Assembly: GCA_963717865.1 (NCBI GenBank)
Contig: CAVQXL010000005.1
Span: 408,255 to 472,254 of the forward strand
Length of the DNA stretch: 64,000 bases
Direction: 5' to 3'
Source of the DNA: Candidatus Aminicenantes bacterium
GTDB taxonomy: Bacteria; Acidobacteriota; Aminicenantia; Aminicenantales; Saccharicenantaceae
The notes under the pieces: generated by a model
What the model saw: only the letters and a program-made list of their open reading frames with translations
Databases searched by the model: none
Told to the model about the DNA's origin: nothing
Made by a program: the position numbers and the translations under genes
Shown here: positions 1 through 9,738 of the stretch, in pieces
Numbering within the stretch: position 1 is the stretch's first letter
Layout: each line of letters begins with the position of its first letter

Positions 1-1011
1 GGCGGCCCGCTGGTTGACGAGCTGGGGAAAATTGGGATCAGGCACGTTCCCGTCGAGCTTGGGAAATTTGCCGGACTCTCGGCGGCCCGTGCGATCGCCG
101 AAGTTCTCCGGGACAACGCCGTCGACCTCCTCCACACGCATGGGGGCATTGCCGGGCTCTACGGGCGCCTTGCGGCCCGGAAGGCCGGGACACCCGCCGT
201 CGTCCATACCGTCCATGGGATACACTACCTCCATTACCGGAATCCGGCGGCGAAACGGGCCTTTATCGTCCTCGAGCGCCGGCTTTCACGGTCCACCGAT
301 GCCGTGGTCTTCGTCTCGGTGGCGGACATGGAGCGAGCGGCCCATTTGCGGCTCGCCCTGCCCCCGAAAGCGAGGCTTATCAGGAACGGCGTCCCTCCGA
401 TCGCGAAGGAGCGTCTTCGCGATCCCGCGGCCGTCCGGGCCGGGCTCGGGGCCGTCGGGAAGCCGCTTGTCGTCGCGGTGTCCCGGCTCCACAGGCAGAA
501 GGGCGTGACCGACCTTCTCCGGGCCGTCCCGCTCGTCCGTGCCGAGATCCCCGACGTCCGCGTCGTGGTCGCGGGGGGCGGGCCGCTCACGAAGCGGCTC
601 GGGACCGAGCTGAAGGCGCTTCGGATAGGAGACAACGCCGCCCTTCTCGGGGAAAGAAAGGACGCCCTGGACATACTGGCCGCCGCGGACTTGTTCGTCC
701 TGCCGTCCCTCTGGGAAGGCCTGCCCTATGTCCTTGTCGAGGCCGCCGCCCTCGGCAAGCCCATCGTCGCGACCGACATCGACGGCGTCCGCGAGGTCAT
801 CAGGAGCGGGGCGACGGGCGTCCTCGTGCCGCCCCGGGACCCGGGCGCCCTGGCCGCGTCGATCCTCCTCCTCCTCAAGGACAAGGCCTTCGCCGACAGC
901 CTCGGCGCGGCCGCCCGGGCGGAGATCCCGCCCCAATTTTCCATCGAGCGCATGATCAGCGAAACCGAATCGCTTTATCTCGAGGTCCTGTCGGCGAAGC
1001 CCCGGAGCTGA
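1..1011 (+). CDS. Glycosyltransferase family 4 (group-1 GT), 5' end outside window
   Basis: Frame 1 is open from nt 1 (..GIRHVPVELGKF..HTHGGIAGLYG..VHTVHGIHY..) and continuous with listed ORF 304..1011. The C-terminal half has the GT4 signature stretch RLHRQKGV / PSLWEGLPYVLVEAAALGKPIVATDIDGVREVI. Stop at 1009-1011. Confidence 0.85.
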   Translation, partial: GGPLVDELGKIGIRHVPVELGKFAGLSAARAIAEVLRDNAVDLLHTHGGIAGLYGRLAARKAGTPAVVHTVHGIHYLHYRNPAAKRAFIVLERRLSRSTDAVVFVSVADMERAAHLRLALPPKARLIRNGVPPIAKERLRDPAAVRAGLGAVGKPLVVAVSRLHRQKGVTDLLRAVPLVRAEIPDVRVVVAGGGPLTKRLGTELKALRIGDNAALLGERKDALDILAAADLFVLPSLWEGLPYVLVEAAALGKPIVATDIDGVREVIRSGATGVLVPPRDPGALAASILLLLKDKAFADSLGAAARAEIPPQFSIERMISETESLYLEVLSAKPRS

Positions 1012-1050
1012 CAGCCCCGGCAGGACTCGATATTGAAAAGGGGGGAAGGA

Positions 1051-1935
1051 TTGAACACGAAGAAGATACTGCTTATCGTGGCGGGGCTGTCCCTTGTTTT
1101 CTGCGGCGGGGAAAAACCCTCGCCTTCCGAACAGCTCGTCAGCGTGGGGACGCATCGTCTTCAATTACGATTGGAGGGCGAGGGCGGTCCCGTCGTCGTC
1201 ATCGACGCGGGCCTCACGGACGGCATCGACAAGCTGAAGCCTCTGCAGGACCGCCTCGCCAAAGCGGTTCTGGTCTGTACCTATGATCGGGCGGGATATG
1301 GGCGAAGCGAGCCGGGACCGCTCCCGAGAGACTGCGGTCGCGAAGCGGATGAGCTTAAGGCGCTCCTCGACGCCGCCTCGATCCCCGGACCTTACGTGAT
1401 CGTCGGCCACTCGTTGGGCGGGCTCAACGCGCAGGTTTTTGCCGCGAAGTACCCCGAGGACGTGGCCGGAATGGTCCTGCTCGACCCGCCGCCTATCTCA
1501 TTCCTGCTTAAAAAGGATTATACGGAGCTCGGGGCGATGGCCGAGCGGATGACCGCGGAATGGCAGGCCAGCGCCGATTCGGGCGCCGATTCGGCGGACG
1601 CGCGGGAAAGAGCCAAGGCGGGATTCTTCCGGATGATCGCTTCGGAACATCGCGAGATGTTCGGGGAGAGCGCGAGACTGGCCGCGGAGATCCCGTCCTT
1701 CGGCAAAACACCCCTCATAGTGATGGCCGCCGGGACGCCAAATCCCGCGTTCGGAGCCGTTGCCGGGGAATATCAGGATTACTGGATCGCACAGAACCTC
1801 GCCCTGAGCCGGAAGTCGTCGAACGGACGCTTCATCCTGGCCGAGCGAAGCTCTCACTATCTCTACCTGGACGTTCCCGACCTCGTGGTCGAGAGCATCC
1901 TCTCCATGGTCGATCAGATTCGCGGCACAAAATAA
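1051..1935 (+). CDS. Alpha/beta-fold hydrolase, probable lipoprotein
   Basis: Listed ORF 1033..1935. Start is uncertain (TTG 1033, or TTG 1051 behind the purine run GGGGGGAAGGA). N-terminus KKILLIVAGLSLVFCGG looks like a lipobox signal. Nucleophile elbow GHSLGG. Confidence 0.8.
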   Translation: MNTKKILLIVAGLSLVFCGGEKPSPSEQLVSVGTHRLQLRLEGEGGPVVVIDAGLTDGIDKLKPLQDRLAKAVLVCTYDRAGYGRSEPGPLPRDCGREADELKALLDAASIPGPYVIVGHSLGGLNAQVFAAKYPEDVAGMVLLDPPPISFLLKKDYTELGAMAERMTAEWQASADSGADSADARERAKAGFFRMIASEHREMFGESARLAAEIPSFGKTPLIVMAAGTPNPAFGAVAGEYQDYWIAQNLALSRKSSNGRFILAERSSHYLYLDVPDLVVESILSMVDQIRGTK

Positions 1936-2094
1936 GGGCGGTTTCGGATGCGCATCGCCATCCTCGATTTCCCCCCTTGAAAAGTGATACGCAGGGATTG
2001 CTAACTTCCCCCCTTTGGAAGGGGGAGAGGGGGGATTTGTACGGGGTCGAACCCGGAAGGCCCGCCTTCCAAATCATCCGGTCCTTGGGTTATA

Positions 2095-3224
2095 ATGACC
2101 CCGATGGAAAACGCGAAAGTCGCCCTGGTCCATGACTGGCTGACGGGCCAGAGGGGGGGCGAGAAGGTCCTCGAGGTCCTGGCCGAGATCTTCCCCAAGG
2201 CCCCCATCTACACGCTTTTCCACATAAAGGGCAGCCAGCACCCGGACATCGAGAAGCGCGTCATCCGGACGAGCTTCCTCCAGCGGTTTCCCTTCCTCGA
2301 GAAGAAGTACCGCTCCTACCTGCCGCTCTTCCCCCTGGCTGTCGAAATGTTCGACCTCCAGGAGTACGACCTCGTCGTCTCGACGTCCCACTGCGTCGCC
2401 AAGGGGGTCATCCCGGCCCCGGACGCCTTGCACGTCTGCTACATCCACTCCCCGATGCGCTACGCCTGGAACCTGTATTTCTCTTATTTCTCTCCGGACA
2501 GGCTATCACCGTTCTCGCGCTGGCTCATTCCTCCCGCCGTCCATCGATCTGCGGACCTGGGACGCGGCCTCCGCCGCGCGGGTGGACCGCTTCGTGGCCA
2601 ACTCGGCCAACGTCGCCCGGCGGGTCGGGAAATACTACCGGCGCGAGGCCGACGTCATCCCGCCTCCCGTGGACACGGGGTTCTTCACGCCGGACGAAAC
2701 CGTCCCCCGCGGGGATTACCATCTGGTCGTTTCGGCCCTCGTCCCTTACAAGCGGATCGACCTCGCGGTCGAGGCCTTCAACCGCACGGGGGCCCCGCTG
2801 AAGATCGTCGGCACCGGTCCCGAGTACCAGGCCCTCAGGAAGCGCGCCCGGGCGAACGTGGAGTTCCTCGGGGCGGCGAGCGCCGAGGACCTCAGGCGCC
2901 TCTATCGCGGGGCGGCCGCTTTCCTTCTTCCCGGCGAGGAGGATTTCGGCATCGCCACGCTCGAGGCCCAGGCCTGCGGGACCCCCGTCGATCGCCTTCG
3001 GACGCGGCGGTTCCCTGGAGACGGTCGTCTCCGGGCAGACGGGGATCCTCTTCGAAGAGCCCACCGTCGCCGGCCTCCTGGGCGCGCTTGACAAGTTCCA
3101 GACCTTCGCGTGTAATAGGGAAACGATCAGGTCGAACGCCATGCGATTCTCCCGGGATAAGTTCAAGGAAGAGATGTCCTCGTACCTCCGGCAGGCGTGG
3201 GCCGAGCACGGAGCCCGGGCATGA
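2095..3224 (+). pseudogene. Glycosyltransferase family 4, reading frame broken twice (probable 1-nt insertions)
   Basis: One GT4 protein is spread over three frames. Frame 1 covers 2095-~2547 (MENAKVALVHDWL..HSPMRYAWN). Frame 2 covers ~2549-2989 (RTWDAASAARVDRFVANS..EEDFGIATLEAQACGTPV). Frame 3 covers 2991-3224 (IAFGRGGSLETVVSGQTGILFEEP..). Deleting one base near 2548 and one at 2990 restores a single ORF. Confidence 0.8.
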
Positions 3225-4673
3225 TCAGGGAAAAGCGCCTCCAGCTCATCGGGCTGTTCGTCCTGTCAGCGATTGCCTGGCCATCCTGTTCTCCTACTTC
3301 TATTCCTACCTCTTCCGCTTCTACGCCTACATCATTCCCGTCGATCCCGCCCGGGGGATCCCGCCGCTCCGGTCCTACATCGTCGTCTTCCCGCTGTTCC
3401 TGGCCGTGCACCTGGGCATCTTCTATCTGCAGGGGTTCTATAGAACGAAGCTCCGCCGCGCCCGCATCGACGATTTCCTTTACGCTTCCATCAACGGCGT
3501 CCTGACCATCCTCGTGGTCTTTTCCGTCCTGAACTATCTTTACAACTACAGCCAGGGGCAGGCGCCCATCTACCGGATGACCTTCAAGCTCTCCCACGGC
3601 TTCCTGGCCGTCTATTTCGTGACCGTCATCTTCGTCATCCTCATCTTCCGGAACCAGGTCTATTTCTTCATGAAGCGCCGGTACGCCCGGGGGATGAACC
3701 TGACCAACGTCCTCATCGTCGGCGCGGGCGACATGGGGAAGACCGTCGCCCAGAAGCTGGCCAGCTTCCGGGACCTGGGATTCCGGGTCCTGGGCTTCGT
3801 GGACGACGCGATCCCGAAGGGGACGGAGGTCGAGGTCGACGGCGGGATCAAGGTCCTGGGCACGCTCGACGAGCTCGGGCCCGTCATCGAGGAATACGGC
3901 ATTTCCGAGGTCTACGTGGCCCTGGATTTCTACCAACTACGCCAAGATCCTCGAGGCATTCCGGATCATCGACAAGTATCCCGTCCACGTCCGGCTCATC
4001 CCCGACCTCTTCCAGCTCCTGACCCTCAAGGCCAACATCCAGGACCTCGACGGCTTCCCGGTCATCTCCGTCGACGACGTGCCGCTCAAGGGGGCGCCCG
4101 AGCTCGTCAAGCGGGCGACCGATATGTTCGTCTCGGCCCTGGCTCCTGGTCGTCTTCTCGCCGTTCATGCTCATCATCGCCGTCCTGATCAAGCTGACCT
4201 CCCGCGGGCCGGTCTTCTATCATCAGGAGCGGGTCGGCCTGGACGGCCGGCGGTTCGTCATCCACAAGTTCCGGACGATGGTCTGCGACGCCGAGAAGGA
4301 GACGGGCCCGGTCATGACGGACACGGACGATCCCCGCATCACCCGGCTCGGCCGGTTCCTCCGCAAGTACAGCATCGACGAGGTCCCCCAGCTGGTCAAC
4401 GTCCTCAAGGGGGAGATGAGCCTCATCGGGCCGCGGCCGGAGCGGCCGGAGTTCGTCCAGGAGTTCCGGGAGAAGATCCCCAAGTACATGCTCCGCCACA
4501 AGGTCAAGTCCGGGCTCACCGGCTGGGCCCAGGTCCACAACCTGCGGCAGGACACCTCCATCGAGAAGCGGCTGGAGTACGACTTCTATTACATCCAGAA
4601 CTGGTCCTTCGCCCTCGACATCAAGATCCTGTGGATGACCCTGAGGAAAGGGTTCATCGACAAGAATATGTGA
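3221..4673 (+). pseudogene. Undecaprenyl-phosphate sugar phosphotransferase (WbaP/WcaJ-type priming glycosyltransferase), three frame breaks
   Basis: ATG 3221 overlaps the upstream stop (ATGA). The gene encodes N-terminal TM helices, a GAGDMG Rossmann-like region, and a C-terminal bacterial sugar-transferase domain (KRATDMF..LLVVFSPFMLIIAVLIKLTSRGPVFYHQERVG..RPERPEF..GLTGWAQV). Frame changes lie near 3268, 3934 and 4145. The last piece equals listed ORF 4167..4673. Confidence 0.85.
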
Positions 4674-4781
4674 GGGACGTCGAAGGGTCAGGCTACGGTC
4701 ATCGAGAACGCGCGAGCCTTCGATCGACCCCGCGATGATGCTCCGGTGGACGCCCGGCCGCCGGCCCTTATCCGCCGCCGT

Positions 4782-5561
4782 TCAAAGATCGATCGAGACC
4801 CCGATCGAGGCGTAGTGGATCAAGGCGAACGTATAGACCGCGGCGTTGTCGGCGCCTCCCTCGACGAACCGGTATCCGGCCTTGAGGGTCATGGACGGCG
4901 AGATCCGGACGAGGACGGCGAGCAGGACGTCCTCAGCCCGGCCCTGGGGGGCGGCGAGGGCATCAGCCTCGAGGAGCAGGCCGGTCTTCCGCGACAGCCA
5001 TCGTTCGATCCGGACATTCAGGAGGGGCACGAAGCCGACGTTAGCCTTCCGGGCGCTCAAGGCCCCGCTTTCCAGGCCGATGGCCGCGTCGCGGATCTTA
5101 GCCGTAAAGCCGACGCCGACCTTCCATTTATCATTGTCGACGAGCTCGTATCGATAGGTCAGCCGGTAGGAGTTGAACTTGTATGAGCCGCTGACGGAAG
5201 CGCCCGCCGGGAAGTCCGTGCCGAAGAACTGGATCGGGAAGGGCGAGATGCCCGAGGCCGCGAACTTCAAGGGCGCATAGAGCACGGACAGACCATGCCG
5301 GGGCGAGATCCGCCAGGTCAGCCGCAAACGATAGAAATACGCGGGATCGGTCTTGAAGTCCCGCGAGAGGGAAAAGCGGGTGCCCGTATCTCCCGGGACG
5401 GCGATATTGTTGTAGCCGCTGAAGGCCGCGCCGTTCTCAAGATCGAGCCGCCAGCGGGCGACCTTCCCGGCGGCCGGCCGGGCGGACAAAGCCAGCGAGG
5501 CCGCGACCATGGCGAGAACGAACGCGGCTCGACGGGTCTTCGGTGACACGAGTCTCATCAT
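4782..5561 (-). CDS. Hypothetical outer-membrane beta-barrel protein
   Basis: Listed ORF 4782..5588. Likely start is at the MM pair (5561/5558) just after GAGGAGGG. It has a signal peptide (AAFVLAMVAASLALSARPAAG) followed by alternating hydrophobic/polar strands with many aromatic-Gly turns. No specific family recognised. Confidence 0.5.
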   Translation of the reverse strand: MMRLVSPKTRRAAFVLAMVAASLALSARPAAGKVARWRLDLENGAAFSGYNNIAVPGDTGTRFSLSRDFKTDPAYFYRLRLTWRISPRHGLSVLYAPLKFAASGISPFPIQFFGTDFPAGASVSGSYKFNSYRLTYRYELVDNDKWKVGVGFTAKIRDAAIGLESGALSARKANVGFVPLLNVRIERWLSRKTGLLLEADALAAPQGRAEDVLLAVLVRISPSMTLKAGYRFVEGGADNAAVYTFALIHYASIGVSIDL

Positions 5562-5572
5562 CCCTCCTCGTC

Positions 5573-5986
5573 TCAGAGCTTCAGCCACGCCCGGCCGATG
5601 ACGGCGCTCAGGAACGACACGGCCCCGCCCAGGACCGTGCCCCAGACGAGGTCGACCACGGTCACGACGAGCGGCCAGTCCTTGAGCGTCGCCATGTTGC
5701 TCAGATCGTAGGTCGCATAACAGATGAGTCCGAACAAGGCCCCGAAGAACAGGGCCTCGAGCGGCGCGCCGCGGAGGAGAGCGGGTCGGACGACGAAGAC
5801 GAGCAGGCCGGCGATGAAGAGCAGGTAAAAGAGCAAGGCCGCGCCCCAGCGGACATCGGGGCTGAGGAAGCCGCCCAGGTGCCGCCGGTAGAAGCCCTTG
5901 GCGACCAGGCCGAGCCAGATCATATCGATGAGAAAGAAGATCCCGAGGGTGATCCCGTAAAGGACCAACGCCTGTTTGAACGACAT
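5573..5986 (-). CDS. DUF2177-like small integral membrane protein
   Basis: Listed ORF 5573..6007. ATG 5986 is preceded by AGGAGG plus a 6-nt spacer. It has four predicted TM helices. The motif YATYDLSNMATLKDWP matches what I remember of DUF2177. Confidence 0.6.
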   Translation of the reverse strand: MSFKQALVLYGITLGIFFLIDMIWLGLVAKGFYRRHLGGFLSPDVRWGAALLFYLLFIAGLLVFVVRPALLRGAPLEALFFGALFGLICYATYDLSNMATLKDWPLVVTVVDLVWGTVLGGAVSFLSAVIGRAWLKL

Positions 5987-6044
5987 GATGTCCTCCTCTC
6001 TCGTCATCGATAGCCTCGCCCGACGGGAAATATCTCTTTTTCCC

Positions 6045-6611
6045 CTAGAAGCGTACTCCCGCCCCGAGGCTCAGGCTCAGGCCGCCGACATCGATCCGGA
6101 AATCGGCCGGCTTCATCTTGCACGTCGAATACTTGAGACGGCAGTCCAACACGAACCGCCGGCCCATCAATACGGAGACTCCGGCGGCGCCGCAATAGCC
6201 GATCTTGCCCTGGCTGGCCTTGCCCATGGGCTCGTTGTCCTCGTTGAACATGTAATATCCGATGCCCGCCCCGGCGTAAGGCGATATCTTGCCGGGGAGG
6301 ATCCGGTAAAGCGCCCCGAGCTCGATGGCCGTGACGTTCACCTTCGTTTCCTCGCCGGTGAAGGAGAACTTGCCCGTTCGGGCGCGATAACTCCCTTCGA
6401 GCCAACCCGCGATCCTCGTCTTGCCCAGGCCCAGGCGAAGCTCGCCGCCGAAGACCATCCCGTTGCCGTAAATATCCTTGAACGCCGAATCCGAAGCCTG
6501 GAAGTAGCCCAGCCGCCCCAGGAACATCGAAAAGGATTCATACTCCTGCTCGGCGACGAGAACCTGTGAAGCCATCAGAAGAACGAGGCCGAATATGATC
6601 GTTCTACGCAT
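6045..6611 (-). CDS. Small outer-membrane beta-barrel protein (OmpW/porin-family like)
   Basis: Signal peptide MRRTIIFGLVLLMASQVLVA, GAAGGAG RBS, alternating beta-strand pattern, and a C-terminal aromatic residue (..LGAGVRF). Confidence 0.65.
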   Translation of the reverse strand: MRRTIIFGLVLLMASQVLVAEQEYESFSMFLGRLGYFQASDSAFKDIYGNGMVFGGELRLGLGKTRIAGWLEGSYRARTGKFSFTGEETKVNVTAIELGALYRILPGKISPYAGAGIGYYMFNEDNEPMGKASQGKIGYCGAAGVSVLMGRRFVLDCRLKYSTCKMKPADFRIDVGGLSLSLGAGVRF

Positions 6612-6622
6612 GTTCGCTCCTT

Positions 6623-8845
6623 CTACTGGACCGAGACGCTGGCCGGAGCCCCTTCCCGGCCGGTGCGGGTGACCGCGACGATAGCATACTGAAGAGGGGC
6701 CTGCCCCGCCTTGCGGTGGGAGTACTGGCTCTGGTCGGCGCCCACTTCCGCCAGGAAAGAGGGCGTCCCGTCGGTCATCAGATAGATCTTGTACTTGGCG
6801 ATGTCCAAGCCCGCGTTGGCCGGGTCGGCCTGCCAGGACAGGATATTGATGTATTCCGCCTGGGAGTAACTGCGGTTCAAGACCTTCTGTCCGGATGCCG
6901 CCGGCGCGAATATGTACCGGAAATAGGCGGCGACGCTCTTATTGCCGTTCATGGTCAGGACGAGCGGATCCGCGCTTCCCGTTGCGCTCCCACTCCAGCT
7001 GACGAACGTACAATAGGTCTTGGGGAGGGGGCTGACCTGGACCTGGGTGCCGGTCGCATAATAGTGACCGCCGGGACTCGGATCCGTCGTGCCGAACCCG
7101 TTCGAGCTGATGGTGAGCTTGGGCTTGATGCGGAAGTTGGCCTTGATGGTCACAGTCTCGCTCAGCGTGACCGTCACCGGGTTCTGGGTGCTGGATATAT
7201 CGCCGGTCCAGTTCACGAATTCGTAGTTGGTTTTTGGAACGGCCGTCACCTTCACCCGGGAGCCCGGAGCGTAAGCATAGGTGCCGGGAACGGGGCTGGT
7301 CGTCCCGTTCCCGCCGGCCTGGATGGTCAGCCTGTAGACGGCCAGCTTTGCGATGGCCTCATCGACCTGAATGCGGGGGATCGGCGTCGTGTAATCGTCG
7401 CAGGGGCTCTTGATCCCGACGCCCGTGCTCCGCAAGGCGCTCAATATGCTCGTGACGCTGGCCGAGGGCAGGGCCTGCTTCATGAGAGCCCAGGCGCCGG
7501 TGACATGCGGCGTGGCCATGGATGTGCCGCTCCAGGATTCGTAGCTCGAATCCGAAACGCCGGTCGAGGAATAGATCGAGGTCCCTGGGGCGAAGAGCTT
7601 CTGCATGGTCTTGTGCCAATTGTTGAAGACCGACTCGCCGTCCGATTTCGTGCTGGAGCCGACGGCCACGGAGGAGGGGACGCAGGCCGGGGAGGATACG
7701 GCGTTGCAGTAGCCGCTGTTGCCGGTGGCGATGGCGGTCGCGATGCCGGCCGACCGGAGGAGGTCGACGGCCGCCCTGTGGGAATCGCCGTTGCAGGCGG
7801 TCCCGTAGCGCCCGCCGCCGAGGCTCAGGTTGACCGCGGCGATGTTATAGCTCGTCCGAAGGGAATAGACATATTCCATCCCGGCGACGGTATCGGAATT
7901 CCAGCACATGACGCAGGGTGATCCGTCGCAGTCTCCGGCCGTGAACTTGGAAAAGATCTTGACGGCGATGATATTGGCGCCCTTGGCGATCCCCGCCAGG
8001 GAACCATAGCTGCCTGCGGCGATGCCGGCCACGTGGGTGCCGTGATCCCAGCCGCCGTATGTGCTGGCATAATGGACTGCCGAGCCGCGGCCGTTCTGGC
8101 TGGATTTGCCGTTCGGGCAATCCCCGCCGGGGCCCGCCCCGTCCCTTCCCTTGGCCCGGCAGGCCTCGATGATGGTCTTGCCGGAAAAGAAACGATGCGT
8201 CCTCCGTATCCCCGTGTCCAGGATGGCGACGTACCAGCCCTTGCCGGTGAAGCCCCAGCCCCAGGCCGTTTCCGCGCCGACGAGCTCGGCGGAGTCGTCC
8301 AGCATCGGTCGGGCGAGCTTATCGCCGTCCGCGTTGCCGCCTTTGCTTCCTTCGCCGGTCCCTGCGACCGGCTCGACGAGTCTCACCGGGTAGTCCTCTT
8401 CGATCCCCAGGACGTCCGACGAGGCTTCAAGAACCGCGAACGCGCCCGGCGACACGCGGAGGACGATGAACGGAAGATACTGAAATCTCGCGACCTCCTC
8501 GAACTCCGTCCCCTGAAGCTCGGCCATGATCTTCCAGGAGGAATATTCGATGGCGTCGGCCAGGTCCGTGTCGGCGATGCTCCGGGCCTGGGCATCATCC
8601 GTGCTCAGGTCCGTGCCCCAATATTTCGCCGATGACGCGGACAATTCCGCGAGCCGGGGCACGGCGAAATGCACGATCACCTGGACCTTGCCTTGTTTCC
8701 AGGCTTTATGCCTGAGCTGATCGATGCCGGCCGTGCTCAGTCGGCCCTGAGCGCGGGCGGAAAACGGCAGGGCGCCAAGGAGAACGGCTACAAGCAGGGT
8801 CGAAACGACGGCCGAGGCTTGGGTTATCCTTTTCGGGAAGCTCAT
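6623..8845 (-). CDS. Secreted subtilisin-like serine protease (peptidase S8) with two InlB-B-repeat-like modules and a C-terminal Fn3-like domain
   Basis: Intact 740-aa ORF with a signal peptide. Catalytic triad contexts are AILDTGI (Asp), HGTHVAGIAAG (His) and SGTSMATPHVTGA (Ser). Two tandem modules follow (..PGTYAYAPGSRVKVTAVPKTNYEFVNWTGD.. / ..GGHYYATGTQVQVSPLPKTYCTFVSWSGS..). The last ~95 aa are Fn3-like. RBS is AGGAGGAGG. Confidence 0.9.
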   Translation of the reverse strand: MSFPKRITQASAVVSTLLVAVLLGALPFSARAQGRLSTAGIDQLRHKAWKQGKVQVIVHFAVPRLAELSASSAKYWGTDLSTDDAQARSIADTDLADAIEYSSWKIMAELQGTEFEEVARFQYLPFIVLRVSPGAFAVLEASSDVLGIEEDYPVRLVEPVAGTGEGSKGGNADGDKLARPMLDDSAELVGAETAWGWGFTGKGWYVAILDTGIRRTHRFFSGKTIIEACRAKGRDGAGPGGDCPNGKSSQNGRGSAVHYASTYGGWDHGTHVAGIAAGSYGSLAGIAKGANIIAVKIFSKFTAGDCDGSPCVMCWNSDTVAGMEYVYSLRTSYNIAAVNLSLGGGRYGTACNGDSHRAAVDLLRSAGIATAIATGNSGYCNAVSSPACVPSSVAVGSSTKSDGESVFNNWHKTMQKLFAPGTSIYSSTGVSDSSYESWSGTSMATPHVTGAWALMKQALPSASVTSILSALRSTGVGIKSPCDDYTTPIPRIQVDEAIAKLAVYRLTIQAGGNGTTSPVPGTYAYAPGSRVKVTAVPKTNYEFVNWTGDISSTQNPVTVTLSETVTIKANFRIKPKLTISSNGFGTTDPSPGGHYYATGTQVQVSPLPKTYCTFVSWSGSATGSADPLVLTMNGNKSVAAYFRYIFAPAASGQKVLNRSYSQAEYINILSWQADPANAGLDIAKYKIYLMTDGTPSFLAEVGADQSQYSHRKAGQAPLQYAIVAVTRTGREGAPASVSVQ

Positions 8846-8946
8846 TTCCTCCTCCTAATAGAAGAAAGGCGCACGGTTGGGATCGGCGGCACAGGGAAAC
8901 AATGATCTGTTTAAGGCATGAAACTAATAGCCCCACCCGCAAAAGA

Positions 8947-8975
8947 AATATATCCTCGTCAAAGAGCGAAGTCAA
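8947..8975 (-). promoter_or_regulatory. Sigma70-like promoter for the S8 protease gene
   Basis: On the minus strand: TTGACT (8975-8970), a 17-nt spacer, then TATATT (8952-8947). It lies in an AT-rich island within an otherwise GC-rich sequence, about 100 nt upstream of ATG 8845. Confidence 0.45.
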
Positions 8976-9082
8976 CAGACAGGCCGCTTCCAATATTGAC
9001 ATCTTCTCGTTCCGAGTGATAGCCTTCGCGACAAGCTCCATTTGATGTTTTTGTATCGTCCGTCATCGCGGTTCGGAAGGCA

Positions 9083-9111
9083 TTGACACCTTCAAAAAAA
9101 GTGCCTAAAGT
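9083..9111 (+). promoter_or_regulatory. Sigma70-like promoter for the 9145 lipoprotein gene
   Basis: TTGACA (9083-9088), a 17-nt spacer, then TAAAGT (9106-9111). GGAGGG RBS and ATG 9145 follow. Confidence 0.45.
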
Positions 9112-9144
9112 ATTTTGTATCGCGATGTTCTTATGGAGGGTCAC

Positions 9145-9642
9145 ATGAAGAACGCGCTCTCTCATTCGGCGAAGTACGTCGGGATCGCCATCCTGGCCTT
9201 GATGATCGTCGGAGCCCTGGCGGCCTGCAAGGGAAAGCAGGGCGATGATCTGAAGCCCGTCGCGGAACAGGAAGTGTTCACGCTCGACGTCCTGAAACCC
9301 GTCCTCGGCGAGGCCGTAGCGGACGCATCCGGGATCCTGGACGTCACCGGCGATGCCAATGAGCTGATCATTTCCTACCGGTATTATGACGTCGACGCGA
9401 GCAATTATGAAGATGACATGGTTCGGGAGCTGGGCCCCAAGATCGAAGCCCTCTACGCGAAGTTCAAGACCTTGGACCGAGTGGTCTTCCAGCTGACGAC
9501 CAACGATCCTCAGGCGCCGGGGACATGGAAGCCGTACGTGGATTTTGCCGTCAACCGGAAGCTGGTCAATGAGCTCGAATGGAGCGGTATCCTGACCGCG
9601 GATTTCTTCAAGAACATCATCGAGATCAAGCGGTACGAATAA
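9145..9642 (+). CDS. Hypothetical small lipoprotein
   Basis: Listed ORF 9115..9642. ATG 9145 follows GGAGGG plus a 4-nt spacer. Lipobox-type signal (AILALMIVGALAACKG). No family recognised. Confidence 0.55.
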   Translation: MKNALSHSAKYVGIAILALMIVGALAACKGKQGDDLKPVAEQEVFTLDVLKPVLGEAVADASGILDVTGDANELIISYRYYDVDASNYEDDMVRELGPKIEALYAKFKTLDRVVFQLTTNDPQAPGTWKPYVDFAVNRKLVNELEWSGILTADFFKNIIEIKRYE

Positions 9643-9738
9643 GCCGCTCCGATCTCCCCTCCGCGCCGAGCCCGGACCGGCGGAACGGCCATTCTCGCCT
9701 CGCAATCCTCCCGCATGCCTCGGGCGGGATGATGAAGA

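Noticed and set aside
2041-2060. tRNA/tmRNA-like T-arm (GGGGTCGAACCCGG).
   Set aside because: No acceptor stem, anticodon arm or D-arm can be drawn around it. It is part of the G-run/C-run intergenic element.
2987-2993. Three insertions fall in the same coding context GTC^ATC (2990, 29179, and 18434 on the other strand). This hints at a motif-specific (for example methylation-linked) basecalling error or a programmed event.
   Set aside because: GTC and ATC are the dominant Val and Ile codons here, so Val-Ile junctions are very common. Three of more than 28 events is compatible with chance, and the inserted base differs (G, G, T).
8846-9041. Minus-strand ORF 8706..9041 (MELVAKAITRNEKMSILEAACLLTSLFDEDIF..) upstream of the S8 protease gene.
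   Set aside because: It runs without a stop through the protease RBS and signal-peptide codons in another frame. It lies in the AT-rich promoter island and shows no family resemblance.
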